Source: Eledone cirrhosa (Eukaryota). From it: DNA of 64,000 bases. Shown piece by piece: positions 13,639 through 26,198 of the stretch. Position 1 is the first letter of the stretch, and every line of letters starts with the position of its first letter. Position numbers and translations under genes: made by a program. The stretch spans positions 16,802,001 to 16,866,000 of the forward strand of contig OZ024764.1 of the NCBI GenBank assembly GCA_964016885.1, in the 5' to 3' direction. The notes beneath the pieces are model-generated. The model ran no database searches. It saw only the letters and a program-made list of their open reading frames with translations, and was not told the DNA's origin.

Positions 13639-14721
13639 ATTATATATATATATTATATATATATAATATATATATATATAAGACCACGAAAAACATGGGC
13701 GGAGGTGGTGAGAACAGACCTCAGATCGCTGAAACTCACGGAGGAGATGACGAAGGACCGTGACAAGTGGAGAGATGCTGTGCTGAATAGGACCCATCCC
13801 ACCCTTGCAAGCAGGGAAAAGCTGACCTAAAATGACGACGATGATGATGATGATGATAATTGTATCAATATATATATATATATATATAATGTGGGTAATA
13901 TTAAATATTATCCAATTACAAGTATGAGGGTAGCTCAAAGTAAATAGTGCTTCTGCCATATTCTTGACTAAGTAAATTAGTTTATTGGTTGTGGTTATAA
14001 AAAACCCACAGAATAGAAAAAAGGGGTGAGGATATTAATGAAATGGGGTTAATTAAAAACGTGTTTAGATGTACATTATTTAAGGGACTAAACATTCCCA
14101 CACCTGTTCCTATATAGTTTGTCACACACTGATTAAATAATTAGTAGATGCTTGCCTTTAAATTAAATGATGCCACTGTGTATATACATATATATATATA
14201 TATATGTATATCTATCTCTCTCTCTATATATATATATACATATATATATATAATAAATAAATAGGAAAATGTATGACCCCGACGGCAGAGCTCAAGCCGT
14301 TTCGACGGCTATTTCTGGACTAAATTTAATAAATAAATATATATACATATATGTATATATATATATATTATATATTATATATATATATATATTATATATT
14401 ATATATATGTATATATATATATATATGTGTGTGGGTGTGTCTGTTTGTGTTGGCAAATAATTATGTTTATTTATATATATACATATATATATATATTTAT
14501 TTATTTATATATATATAAATATTTATATATATAAATATATATATATATATATAATATATATTTATATATATATATACATATATAAATACCCACACACACA
14601 TATATATATCGTGGAGAGGGTACAGAAGGTGTTACATTATGACCTCATGGCATCTAGCTTTACGTCCCTACCCACTGGCAATACATCCTTACACCACCCC
14701 AACACACCCACCACCCACCAT

Positions 14722-15384
14722 TCACGTGGTGGGGAAAGGATTGAACCCGTAGGACGGCTGCGGGTAGTTGGTGTACTGGGACATGCCGACAGGGACCGGC
14801 TGGTTGGGCGGTGGTGGTGCAGAGAGCATGTCATAGGGGACACCCTGGAAGCCAGGAGCATCAGAGGTGGGTGGGACTGATGTGGTCGGGACCGATGTGG
14901 TAGACGGAGCGCCAGCAGATGTCGGCGTGCCCGAGTACTCAGAACCTTTCCCTGGGGCGCTGCCTACACTGGTAGGACCCATGCTTGGCGTGACAGGCAT
15001 CTGGCCGTAGTCACTCGTGTTAAATATCGGTTCAGGTTTCACATAAGATGAATCAGTGGTGGCAAGTTGTTCTGGGAAGTTGTTGGGTGTATGAATGGCC
15101 AAAGAATAATCTCCGACCTCTCTTTTCGGTGTCTTCAGCTTCCTGCCAGTGGCGGGAGTGGTGGTGCTGATGGCTCCCATCTCCATTTCCTCAATCTTAA
15201 TCACCTTTTCCGTCTTGACCTTCAGGTCAAGGTCAGGGAAACAGACCTCGCTGTCATCAAGGGTCTTTATTTTTCCAACCAAGAAGTCCCTCAGCCTTCT
15301 CAGGGCCACATAGAATGGGACCTTGTCAATGGCCCTCGGCAATTGGGAGCAACGAGCACTGGATGACGGCATCACAAAGACAGT
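14722..15384 (-). CDS. TDG: G/T mismatch-specific thymine DNA glycosylase, last coding exon
   Basis: TVFVMPSSSARCSQLPRAIDKVPFYVALRRLRD... (family-2 UDG motif MPSSSAR) followed by a long low-complexity tail. ttctag acceptor, TGA at 14724-14722. Confidence 0.93.
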   Translation of the reverse strand, partial: TVFVMPSSSARCSQLPRAIDKVPFYVALRRLRDFLVGKIKTLDDSEVCFPDLDLKVKTEKVIKIEEMEMGAISTTTPATGRKLKTPKREVGDYSLAIHTPNNFPEQLATTDSSYVKPEPIFNTSDYGQMPVTPSMGPTSVGSAPGKGSEYSGTPTSAGAPSTTSVPTTSVPPTSDAPGFQGVPYDMLSAPPPPNQPVPVGMSQYTNYPQPSYGFNPFPTT

Positions 15385-16023
15385 CTAGAAATATATAAAT
15401 TGATAAATAGAAATATATACACAGGAAAATATAGTTGCCACAATACAGATACCTACAATAATAGTGACAACCATAAATAATGCTTAGATAAATATAAACA
15501 CTTTATTAACCCTTTCATTACCATATTTCTAATGAAAGACACTGTTGGTGTTTGGAACATAACTTAACAAAGGTTCTTACATTAAATTATGATGGAAGGT
15601 TTTCTACCATCTCCATACTTAATTCTAGCTACCCTCCACTCCAGTCACACTCCAATCCACACCAGCCACCCTCCACTCCAGTCACACTCCAATCTTCATC
15701 AGCCACCCTCCACTTCACACTACACCAGTCACACTCCATTCCACACCAGCCACCCTCACTTCACACTACACCAGTCATACTCCACTCCACACCAGCCACT
15801 CTCACTTCACACCACACTAGTCACACTCCACTCCACACCAGCCACCCTCACTTCATACCACACCAGCCACCCTCACTTCACACCACACCAGCCACCCTCC
15901 ATTCCACACCAGCCACCCTCACTCCAGTCACACTCCACTCCACACCAGCCACACTCCATTCCACACCAGCCACACTCCACTCCACAACAGCCATCCTCAC
16001 TCCAGTAGTTATACTATACTCAC

Positions 16024-16100
16024 AATTTCAGTACCCTCAAGTTTGTCAGGTTGTTTACCAAAGATGAACTTTTTGCTTCCACTGAAGATTTCATAAATAC
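16024..16100 (-). CDS. TDG: TDG coding exon ((G)IYEIFSGSKKFIFGKQPDKLEGTEI)
   Basis: tttcag acceptor and gtgagt donor. Matches TDG IYEIFS...FGxQP. Confidence 0.92.
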
Positions 16101-16314
16101 CTGAAACAGAACAAACACAGGGAGATGATGGCAGTAGTTTTTTCTCACTATTTAACATATTAATGTATACCATAATTTTCCTTCAGCTGGTATCTTAACC
16201 TATTGACTGCCGTGCATATTTTACACAGCTACATTTGCTGTGCTGGGTTGTTTTTCAGTAAAATGACTATTTTGATTGACAGATGTCACATCAATAAACT
16301 AGTAACCCCATCTA

Positions 16315-17068
16315 GCTTTGAAGTTATGAACTGTTGGAAAGGAGTTCATAATTTTGAAGTTATGAACTGTTGGAAAGGAGTTCATAACTTTGAAGTTATG
16401 AACTGTTGGAAAGGAGTCCATAACTTTGAAGTTATGAACTGTTGGAAAGGAGTTCATAACTTTGAAGTTATGGACTGTTGGAAAGGAGTTCATAACTTTG
16501 AAGTTATGAACTGTTGGAAAGGAGTTCATAACTTTGAAGTTATGAACTGTTGGAAAGGAGTCCATAACTTTGAAGTTATGAACTGTTGGAAAGGAGTTCA
16601 TAACTTTGAAGTTATGAACTGTTGGAAAGGAGTCCATAACTTTGAAGTTATGAACTGTTGGAAAGGAGTTCATAACTTTGAAGTTATGAACTGTTGGAAA
16701 GGAGTCCATAACTTTGAAGTTATGAACTGTTGGAAAGGAGTTCATAACTTTGAAGTTATGAACTGTTGGAAAGGAGTCCATAACTTTGAAGTTATGAACT
16801 GTTGGAAAGGAGTTCATAACTTTGAAGTTATGAACTGTTGGAAAGGAGTTCATAACTTTGAAGTTATGAACTGTTGGAAAGGAGTTCATAACTTTGAAGT
16901 TATGAACTGTTGGAAAGGAGTTCATAACTTTGAAGTTATGAACTGTTGGAAAGGAGTTCATAACTTTGAAGTTATGAACTGTTGGAAAGGAGTTCATAAC
17001 TTTGGAGTTATGAACTGTTGGAAAGGAGTTCATAACTTTGAAGTTATGGACTGTTGGAAAGGAGTTCA
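16315..17068. repeat. 36-bp minisatellite (about 21 copies) with internal palindrome
   Basis: Unit GTTCATAACTT-TG-AAGTTATGAAC-TGTTGGAAAGGA. Confidence 0.95.
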
Positions 17069-17248
17069 AACATGTTAGGACGAGTTATCTCATCTACGGC
17101 ACCGAAGAGGTTAATGATGCCCTTCCTTACACCAACCACATTTATAGTGTTGACTGGGAACTTTTTAACGTGTTACCTAATATATATATATAATTAACTG
17201 TATATGTGTATGTATAAGAAACGAGATAAAAGGCTGTTTTCTTTTTAC

Positions 17249-17331
17249 CTTTGCCATTAAATACAGCAATTTTGGGACCATAAAATTTCAATTTTTCTAA
17301 CAACTGCTTTCCACCTTCTTTGATTTCTTTC
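17249..17331 (-). CDS. TDG: TDG coding exon (KEIKEGGKQLLEKLKFYGPKIAVFNGK)
   Basis: ttccag acceptor, G|gtaaaa donor, conserved IAVFNGK. Confidence 0.93.
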
Positions 17332-17439
17332 CTGGAATTAAAAGGTAAATATATAGATTGCTATGTTAGACTTTAATAGAACAGAGGTAGATAAATGAAC
17401 AAGTAAACAGACAGACAAATACATAGATAGATAGGCTTG

Positions 17440-18053
17440 TACTACCACTTTACAGAGTGTACTGGGTGTATTTTATCGTGACACCAACACTACCACTTTA
17501 CAGAGTGTACTGGGTGTATTTTATCATGACACCAACACTACCACTTTACAGAGTGTACTGGGTGTATTATATCATGACTCCAACACTACCACTTTACAGA
17601 GTGTACTGGGTGTATTATATCATGACTCCAACACTACCACTTTACAGAGTGTACTGGGTGTATTATATCATGACTCCAACACTACCACTTTACAGAGTGT
17701 ACTGGGTGTATTATATCATGACTCCAACACTACCACTTTACAGAGTGTACTGGGTGTATTTTATCATGACTCCAACACTACCACTTTACAGAGTGTACTG
17801 GGTGTATTATATCATGACTCCAACACTACCACTTTACAGAGTGTACTGGGTGTATTATATCATGACTCCAACACTACCACTTTACAGAGTGGACTGGGTG
17901 TATTATATCATGACTCCAACACTACCACTTTACAGAGTGTACTGGGTGTATTTTATCATGACTCCAACACTACCACTTTACAGAGTGTACTGGGTGTATT
18001 TTATCATGACTCCAACACTACCACTTTACAGAGTGTACTGGGTGTATTTTATC
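17440..18053. repeat. 48-bp minisatellite (about 12.5 copies), SINE-derived
   Basis: ACTACCACTTTACAGAGTGTACTGGGTGTATTATATCATGACTCCAAC resembles the SINE family B TTTACAGTGTGGACTGGGTG..GTCATGACACC segment. Confidence 0.9.
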
Positions 18054-18165
18054 AGTATATGGAAGGGATATATTAGGTTAACGCTTGATATAGCACACAT
18101 AAATACACACACACACACATATACATATGGAGTTAACCAGAAAGAATCAGTATTGCCAAGTGATA

Positions 18166-18200
<35 letters not shown>

Positions 18201-18216
18201 TAGATAGATGACCTAC

Positions 18217-18349
18217 TTGCTTAAGTCTCCACTGCCTCTGGTAGTCCTCTCTACAATATTGGTGAACCCAATTCCATGATTGAGTAATTTGTTGTCATCA
18301 TAAGCTGTCATTGGTTGCGGTATTAACTCAGATAGGTGAAGACATTTCC
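18217..18349 (-). CDS. TDG: TDG coding exon ((W)KCLHLSELIPQPMTAYDDNKLLNHGIGFTNIVERTTRGSGDLS)
   Basis: Conserved GIGFTNxVERTT. AG/GT flanked and phase-consistent. Confidence 0.95.
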
Positions 18350-18566
18350 CTACATACAACAGAACAACATATGAAATTTTCTTATAAATAATTGTTTCTA
18401 GTTCTAGCACAAGGCCAGCAATTAGCCCAGTACATTACTGGTACTTTATTTTATCGACCCCGTGTTGGAATTCCGACAAATATAAATGTTAGAGCACTCA
18501 ACAGTTTCCTGGAGTAAATATTCAAAGATATTAAACAAATGGAAACTATATTTATAAAACCATATT

Positions 18567-18630
18567 TATTTTATTATATATATTTCAAGGGTACCAAGCC
18601 AACCTTGGTACGTTTTCATCAGATAAAATA
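18567..18630 (-). ncRNA. Type I hammerhead-like motif, sense to TDG pre-mRNA
   Basis: TATTTTAT-CTGATGA-aaacGTACCAAGgttggCTTGGTACcctt-GAAA-TATATAT-A-ATAAAATA. Palindromic stem III as in Penelope minimal hammerheads. Confidence 0.5.
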
Positions 18631-18706
18631 CAAAGTTTCTTAGTGAATTTCCGACCGATAAGGTATGATTTTCATGGGTATGTCTTTATTTATAAAACAA
18701 ACTTTG

Positions 18707-18771
18707 TATTTTATCTGATGAAAGCGCACCAAGGTTGTCTTGGTTGCCCTTGAAATATATATAATAAAATA
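18707..18771 (+). ncRNA. Type I hammerhead-like motif (inverted partner of 18567-18630)
   Basis: TATTTTAT-CTGATGA-stem II-GAAA-TATATAT-A-ATAAAATA. Confidence 0.5.
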
Positions 18772-19736
18772 AATATGGTTTTATAAATATAGTTTCCATT
18801 TATTTAATATCATGGTATATATATATTGTTATACTTTGGGAGGGTCATGTTGCCAATAAGAAACACACGCACCAGTTGTTTTTCACTTCAATTTATTATA
18901 ATAAATTTATAAATTTAGGAATTTATAAATTTCCGGTTGGTTGGTTGGTTCCACAACCAGATGGTTGTTTATATATTGTCAAAGCTCTTTCGTCACACAT
19001 TCTGTGACCTCTTCAGTGACTGGGGATTCTTTTCTTTCCTTTGTTTTTGTGCCTCTCCTTTGTTCTGTCCTACGCCATTTTGTTTCTGTGTGTGTGTTGT
19101 GTGCTTAGTTTGCGCATGTGTTACATCCGGGTGTCTGTGTGTGTTTATATTTGTTTATTTATTTGTTTATTTACATGTTACTGGTTGGTTGTTTGTTCTA
19201 TGTGCGTGTGTGTTTTCATTTTGTCCTTAATTATAAGTTGTGATGTTGCTGTTCCATTCATGTTTTCTATTTAATTTTGGTTGGAGAATGTGTGACAGAA
19301 TGTATGACGAAAGAGCTTTGACAATATATAAACAACCATCTGGTTGTGGAACCAACCAACCAACCGGAAATTTATAAATTACTAAATTTATAAATTTATT
19401 ATAATAAATTGAAGTGAAAAGCAACTGGTGCGTGTGTTTCTTATTGACAACATGACCCTCCCAAAGTATAACAATATCGGTTTCAACACACGTTTTCAGA
19501 TAAAGAATCTTGCTAAATAAATTCAGAAACGAAATATATATATATATATACATGTAAAGTTATATTTAAAATTGTTGGGTTACAACTAGTAAATATTTAT
19601 AACTGATATAAAAGCACTCGACAAATACTTGGAGTATATTTACAATATTAAATACCGTTTATTACGGTATGTCGAATATTAAATACCGTTTATTACGGTA
19701 TGTCGAATATATTTATCTATAAAACTGTTTATATTG

Positions 19737-19802
19737 TATTTTGTCTGATGAAGGCATAGCATATTGTTAATATGATATCCCCGAAATATATATAATGAAA
19801 TA
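19737..19802 (+). ncRNA. Type I hammerhead-like motif, same family
   Basis: TATTTTGT-CTGATGA-AGGCATAGCATATTGTTAATATGATATCCCC-GAAA-TATATAT-A-ATGAAATA. Confidence 0.45.
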
Positions 19803-19859
19803 AATATGGTTTTATAAATATAGTTTTCCATTTATTTAATATTGTATATATATATATAT

Positions 19860-19907
<48 letters not shown>

Positions 19908-19972
19908 AATCAAAACAAGACAAAACAAACACCAAAATTATAAAAAAAAAAAGGGTTAGTATGTTTCCTTAC

Positions 19973-20042
19973 AGAAGTGGTTCCCTGGTCCAGCATAGTG
20001 ATGTCCAACGTAGGCTGCAGTCAGCCCAGGGTTAAATCCAAT
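19973..20042 (-). CDS. TDG: TDG catalytic-motif exon ([23 protein letters not shown])
   Basis: GxNPG catalytic Asn motif plus GHHYxGPGNHFW. ttcag acceptor, gtaagg donor. Confidence 0.96.
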
Positions 20043-20104
20043 CTGAACATAAAAGATAAGTAAATTATAAATATCATTTAGAATTATATATATACTAGTA
20101 GATT

Positions 20105-21500
20105 AACCTAGTTGTTGGGGTTGTAGTGGTGGTGGTGGTGGTGGTGGTGGTGGTGGTGGTGGTAGTGGTGGTAGTGGTGGTGGTAGTGGTGGTGGTGGTG
20201 GTAGTGGTAGTGGTAGTGGTGGTGGTAGTGGTGGTGGTGGTGGTGGTGGTAGTGGTGGTAGTGATAGTGGTGGTGGTAGTGGTGGTGGTGGTAGTGGTGG
20301 TGGTTGTAGTGATAGTGGTGGTGGTAGTGGTGGTGGTGGTGGTGGTGGTGGTGGTAGTGATAGTGGTGGTGGTAGTGGTGGTGGTGGTGTGGTAGTGGTG
20401 GTAGTGGTGGTAGTGGTGGTGGTGGTGGTGGTGGTGGTAGTGGTGGTGGTGGTGGTGGTGGTGGTGGTAGTGGTGGTGGTGGTGGTAGTGGTGGTAGTGG
20501 TGGTGGTAGTGGTGGTGGTGGTAGTGGTAGTGGTGGTGGTGGTGGTAGTGGTGGTGGTGGTGGTAGTGGTGGTGGTGGTGGTGGTAGTGGTGGTAGTGGT
20601 TGTGGTAGTGGTGGTGGTGGTGGTGGTAGTGGTAGTGGTGGTAGTGGTGGTGGTAGTGGTGGTGGTGGTAGTGGTAGTGGTGGTGGTGGTGGTAGTGGTG
20701 GTAGTGGTGGTGGTAGTGGTAGTGGTGGTAGTGGTGGTGGTGGTAGTGGTGGTGGTGGTGGTAGTGGTGGTGGTAGTGGTAGTGGTGGTAGTGGTGGTGG
20801 TGGTAGTGGTGGTGGTAGTGGTGGTGGTGGTGGTAGTGGTGGTGGTGGTGGTGGTGGTGGTGGTAGTGGTGGTGGTGGTAGTGGTAGTGGTGGTGGTGGT
20901 AGTGGTGGTGGTAGTGGTGGTGGTAGTGGTGGTGGTAGTGGTGGTGGTGGTGGTGGTGGTAGTGGTGGTGGTGGTGGTGGTAGTGGTGGTGGTTGTGGTA
21001 GTGGTGGTGGTGGTAGTGGTGGGGTAGTGGTGGTGGTGGTGGTTGTGGTGGTGTGGTGGTGGTGGTGGTGGTGGTGGTGGGTTGTGGTAGTGGTGGTGGT
21101 GGTGGTGGTGGTGGTGGTTGTGGTAGTGGTGGTGTGTGGTGGTGGTGGTGTAGTGGTGGTAGTGGTAGTGGTGGTAGTGGTGGTGGTGGTGGTGGTGGTG
21201 GTGGTGGTAGTGGTGGTGGTAGTGGTGGTGGTGGTGGTGGTGTGGTGGGGTGGTGTGGGGTGGTGGTGTGGTGGTAGGTGGTGGTGGTGGGGTGGTAGTG
21301 TGTTGGTGGGTAGTGGTGGTGGTGGTGTGGTAGTGGTTGTGGTGGTAGTGGTGTGGTGGTGGTAGTGGGGGTGGGTAGGTGGTTGGTGGTGGTGGTGGTT
21401 GTTGGGGGTGTGGTGGTGTGGGTGGGTGTGTGGTGGTGGTGGTATGGTAGTTGTAGTGTGTGTGTGTGGGGGGGGGGGGTTGTGGTAGTAGTAGTAGTAT
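20105..21500. repeat. (GGT/AGT)n trinucleotide tract
   Basis: Direct reading. Confidence 0.95.
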
Positions 21501-22169
21501 AGTGGTAGAATTATCTATACTAGCAGAAAAACACCCCAAAGAGTGGTTTTCTGGGGTAGTTTTCTGCTAGCATGTGTAGTGTGTATATTGATATTATACA
21601 CAAGTATATATACATGTAGATATGATACATGTGTAGTGTATATTGATATTATACACAAGTATATAGACATGTAGATATGATACATGTGTAGTGTGTATAT
21701 TGATATTATACACAAGTATATATACATGTAGATATGATACATGTGTAGTGTGTATATTGATATTATACACAAGTATATATACATGTAGATATGATACATC
21801 AAATAACATCGTAATTAACAATATACACAGAAATTGAAGGAAGACTGTGTTACACTGTCTTATGTAATCAGTAAAGTAATCCATGATACATTAAAAAAAG
21901 ACGATGTTATATATAAACTGCATTAGGAGAGAATTAGTGATGGAAATATATGAATGTTTATTTAAGCGATCGCTAACCAGAAGTGTTGACATTTGAAAAT
22001 TTTTAAGAAGTGAATCTTTAAATAAGCAACAAAATTATTTATATTTAATCAAGAATAACGAAATTTAGTAGAGAAATTATGTAATATTCATTCATTATTT
22101 ATTCAAAGTAATGCACTGGGTAATTGCTGGCCTTGTGCCTAAAGTAGAGACAATTATTTATTCAAAGTA

Positions 22170-25100
22170 ATCCACAACTACTACAACTACCAATACCACC
22201 ACTAGTACTATAACCAGTACTACTACAACTACCAATACCACCACTAGTACTAACCAGTACTACTACAACTACCAATACCACCACTAGTACTATAACCAGT
22301 ACTACTACAACTACCAATACCACCACTAGTACTATAACCAGTACTACTACAACTACCAATACCACCACTAGTACTATAACCAATACTACTACAACTACCA
22401 ATACCACCACTAGTACTATAACCAGTACTACTACAACTACCAATACCACCACTAGTACTATAACCAGTACTACTACAACTACCAATACCACCACTAGTAC
22501 TATAACCAGTACTACTACAACTACCAATACCACCACTAGTACTATAACCAGTACTACTACAACTACCAATACCACCACTAGTACTACAACTACCAATACC
22601 ACCACTAGTACTATACACCAGTACTACTACAACTACCAATACCACCACTAGTACTACAACTACCAATACCACCACTAGTACATACCACCACTAGTACTAT
22701 AACCAGTACTACTACAACTACCAATACCACCACTAGTACTACAACTACCAATACCACCACTAGTACTATAACCAATACTACTACAACTACCAATACCACC
22801 ACTAGTACTATAACCAGTACTACTACAACTACCAATACCACCACTAGTACTATAACCAGTACTACTACAACTACCAATACCACCACTAGTACTATAACCA
22901 GTACTACTACAACTACCAATACCACCACTAGTACTATAACCAGTACTACTACAACTACCAATACCACCACTAGTACTACAACTACCAATACCACCACTAG
23001 TACTATAACCAGTACTACTACAACTACCAATACCACCACTAGTACTACAACTACCAATACCACCACTAGTACTATAACCAGTACTACTACAACTACCAAT
23101 ACCACCACTAGTACTATAACCAGTACTACTACAACTACCAATACCACCACTAGTACTATAACCAGTACTACTACAACTACCAATACCACCACTAGTACTA
23201 TAACCAGTACTACTACAACTACCAATACCACCACTAGTACTACAACTACCAATACCACCACTAGTACTATAACCAGTACTACTACAACTACCAATACCAC
23301 CACTAGTACTATAACCAGTACTACTACAACTACCAATACCACCACTAGTACTATAACCAGTACTACTACAACTACCAATACCACCACTAGTACTATAACC
23401 AGTACTACTACAACTACCAATACCACCACTAGTACTATAACCAGTACTACTACAACTACCAATACCACCACTAGTACTATAACCAGTACTACTACAACTA
23501 CCAATACCACCACTAGTACTATAACCAGTACTACTACAACTACCAATACCACCACTAGTACTATAACCAGTACTACTACAACTACCAATACCACCACTAG
23601 TACTACAACTACCAATACCACCACTAGTACTATAACCAGTACTACTACAACTACCAATACCACCACTAGTACTATAACCAGTACTACTACAACTACCAAT
23701 ACCACCACTAGTACTATAACCAGTACTACTACAACTACCAATACCACCACTAGTACTATAACCAGTACTACTACAACTACCAATACCACCACTAGTACTA
23801 CAACTACCAATACCACCACTAGTACTATAACCAGTACTACTACAACTACCAATACCACCACTAGTACTACAACTACCAATACCACCACTAGTACTATAAC
23901 CAGTACTACTACAACTACCAATACCACCACTAGTACTACAACTACCAATACCACCACTAGTACTATAACCAGTACTACTACAACTACCAATACCACCACT
24001 AGTACTATAACCAGTAGTACTACAACTACCAATACCACCACTAGTACTATAACTACCAATACCACCACTAGTACTATAACCAGTAGTACTACAACTACCA
24101 ATACCACCACTAGTACTATAACCAATACTACTACAACTACCAATACCACCACTAGTACTATAACCAGTACTACTACAACTACCAATACCACCACTAGTAC
24201 TACAACTACCAATACCACCACTAGTACTATAACCAGTACTACTACAACTACCAATACCACCACTAGTACTACAACTACCAATACCACCACTAGTACTATA
24301 ACCAGTACTACTACAACTACCAATACCACCACTAGTACTATAACCAGTAGTACTACAACTACCAATACCACCACTAGTACTATAACTACCAATACCACCA
24401 CTAGTACTATAACCAGTAGTACTACAACTACCAATACCACCACTAGTACTATAACCAATACTACTACAACTACCAATACCACCACTAGTACTATAACCAG
24501 TAGTACTACAACTACCAATACCACCACTAGTACTATAACCAGTACTACTACAACTACCAATACCACCACTAGTACTACTACAACTACCAATACCACCACT
24601 AGTACTATAACCAGTAGTACTACAACTACCAATACCACCACTAGTACTATAACCAATACTACTACAACTACCAATACCACCACTAGTACTATAACCAGTA
24701 CTACTACAACTACCAATACCACCACTAGTACTACAACTACCAATACCACCACTAGTACTATAACCAGTAGTACTACAACTACCAATACCACCACTAGTAC
24801 TATAACCAGTACTACTACAACTACCAATACCACCACTAGTACTATAACCAGTAGTACTACAACTACCAATACCACCACTAGTACTATAACCAGTACTACT
24901 ACAACTACCAATACCACCACTAGTACTATAACCAGTAGTACTACAACTACCAATACCACCACTAGTACTATAACCAGTAGTACTACAACTACCAATACCA
25001 CCACTAGTACTATAACCAGTACTACTACAACTACCAATACCACCACTAGTACTACAACTACCAATACCACCACTAGTACTATAACCAGTAGTACTACAAC

Positions 25101-25415
25101 TACCAATACCACCACTAGTACTACAACTACCAATACCACCACTAGTACTATAACCAGTAGTACTACAACTACCAATACCACCACTAGTACTACAACTACC
25201 AATACCACCACTAGTACTATAACCAGTAGTACTACAACTACCAATACCACCACTAGTACTATAACCAGTAGTACTACAACTACCAATACCACCACTAGTA
25301 CTACAACTACCAATACCACCACTAGTACTATAACCAATACTACTACAACTACCAATACCACCACTAGTACTACAACTACCAATACCACCACTAGTACTAT
25401 AACCAATACTACTAC
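22170..25415. repeat. 42/27-bp minisatellite array (about 3.2 kb) in a TDG intron
   Basis: Units TAACCAGTACTACTACAACTACCAATACCACCACTAGTACTA (42 bp) and a 27-bp deletion variant. Confidence 0.95.
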
Positions 25416-25419
25416 TTAC

Positions 25420-25585
25420 AATGACAATATCAAGGTTTGGTTGTAGGTGATCAGGTAATGTCCTCGTTAGGACTTCCTCTTCAGACATGCCATGGAAGCG
25501 ATCCCTTTTCTTCCTCACTGTCATGTGGTCAGTTATCTTCTCCTGTTTCACCTTCTTTAGGAGGGGCTTGGTTGTCTCGGTGTTC
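25420..25585 (-). CDS. TDG: TDG coding exon (NTETTKPLLKKVKQEKITDHMTVRKKRDRFHGMSEEEVLTRTLPDHLQPNLDIVI)
   Basis: Matches TDG KQEKITD...DRFxGxSExE...TLPDxLxxNLDIVI. cccag acceptor, gtaagt donor. Confidence 0.95.
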
Positions 25586-25665
25586 CTGGGTGGGGAGAGA
25601 GAGAGAGACAAAGTCAAAGAGAGAGAGAGACAAAGTCAAATTCTAGCGGCTTCCCGCCTTCATTA

Positions 25666-25728
<63 letters not shown>

Positions 25729-26145
25729 GGGGTAACAAATAATAGTTAAATGCAGTCCACTTAGGTAAAGGCCAAACTCTTACTTTTGCCTCATGACAGC
25801 TAGTTTTACACGCCGTAACGTTAGATACATTATACCCCCGACCTAGGTAATGTCAGGGTCTCCTTAAATAATTTATTAATAGCATTGTTGTAATTGTTGT
25901 TATTGTTCTAATTGAATGCCATTACTACTTCATATAGTAGCCTGTATATTCTTTTCTTGCCTGTGTATTTTCTTCATTCTCGCATGCTCCGAAGATCTGA
26001 CTGGTTATAATTTTGTATTGGCGATCGAGTAATGTGAAAATAAGCGAATAGCGATCTCTAGACATACCAGTTCAGAGAAACAATTGTCAGCTATGAGATT
26101 AAAAACCTTTTTTGTATAGCAAACCCATGTCAACCTTCTTTCCTG

Positions 26146-26186
<41 letters not shown>

Positions 26187-26198
26187 CATCACACTTAC

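Noticed and set aside
16319-16345. loxP-like ATAACTT/AAGTTAT arms
   Set aside because: Only the outer 7 bp match and the spacing is wrong, so this is not a lox site.
20103-25617. Poly-Thr/Val/Pro and SGGIGSC ORFs as mucin or structural proteins
   Set aside because: They lie inside TDG introns bounded by canonical splice sites and are pure tandem repeat.
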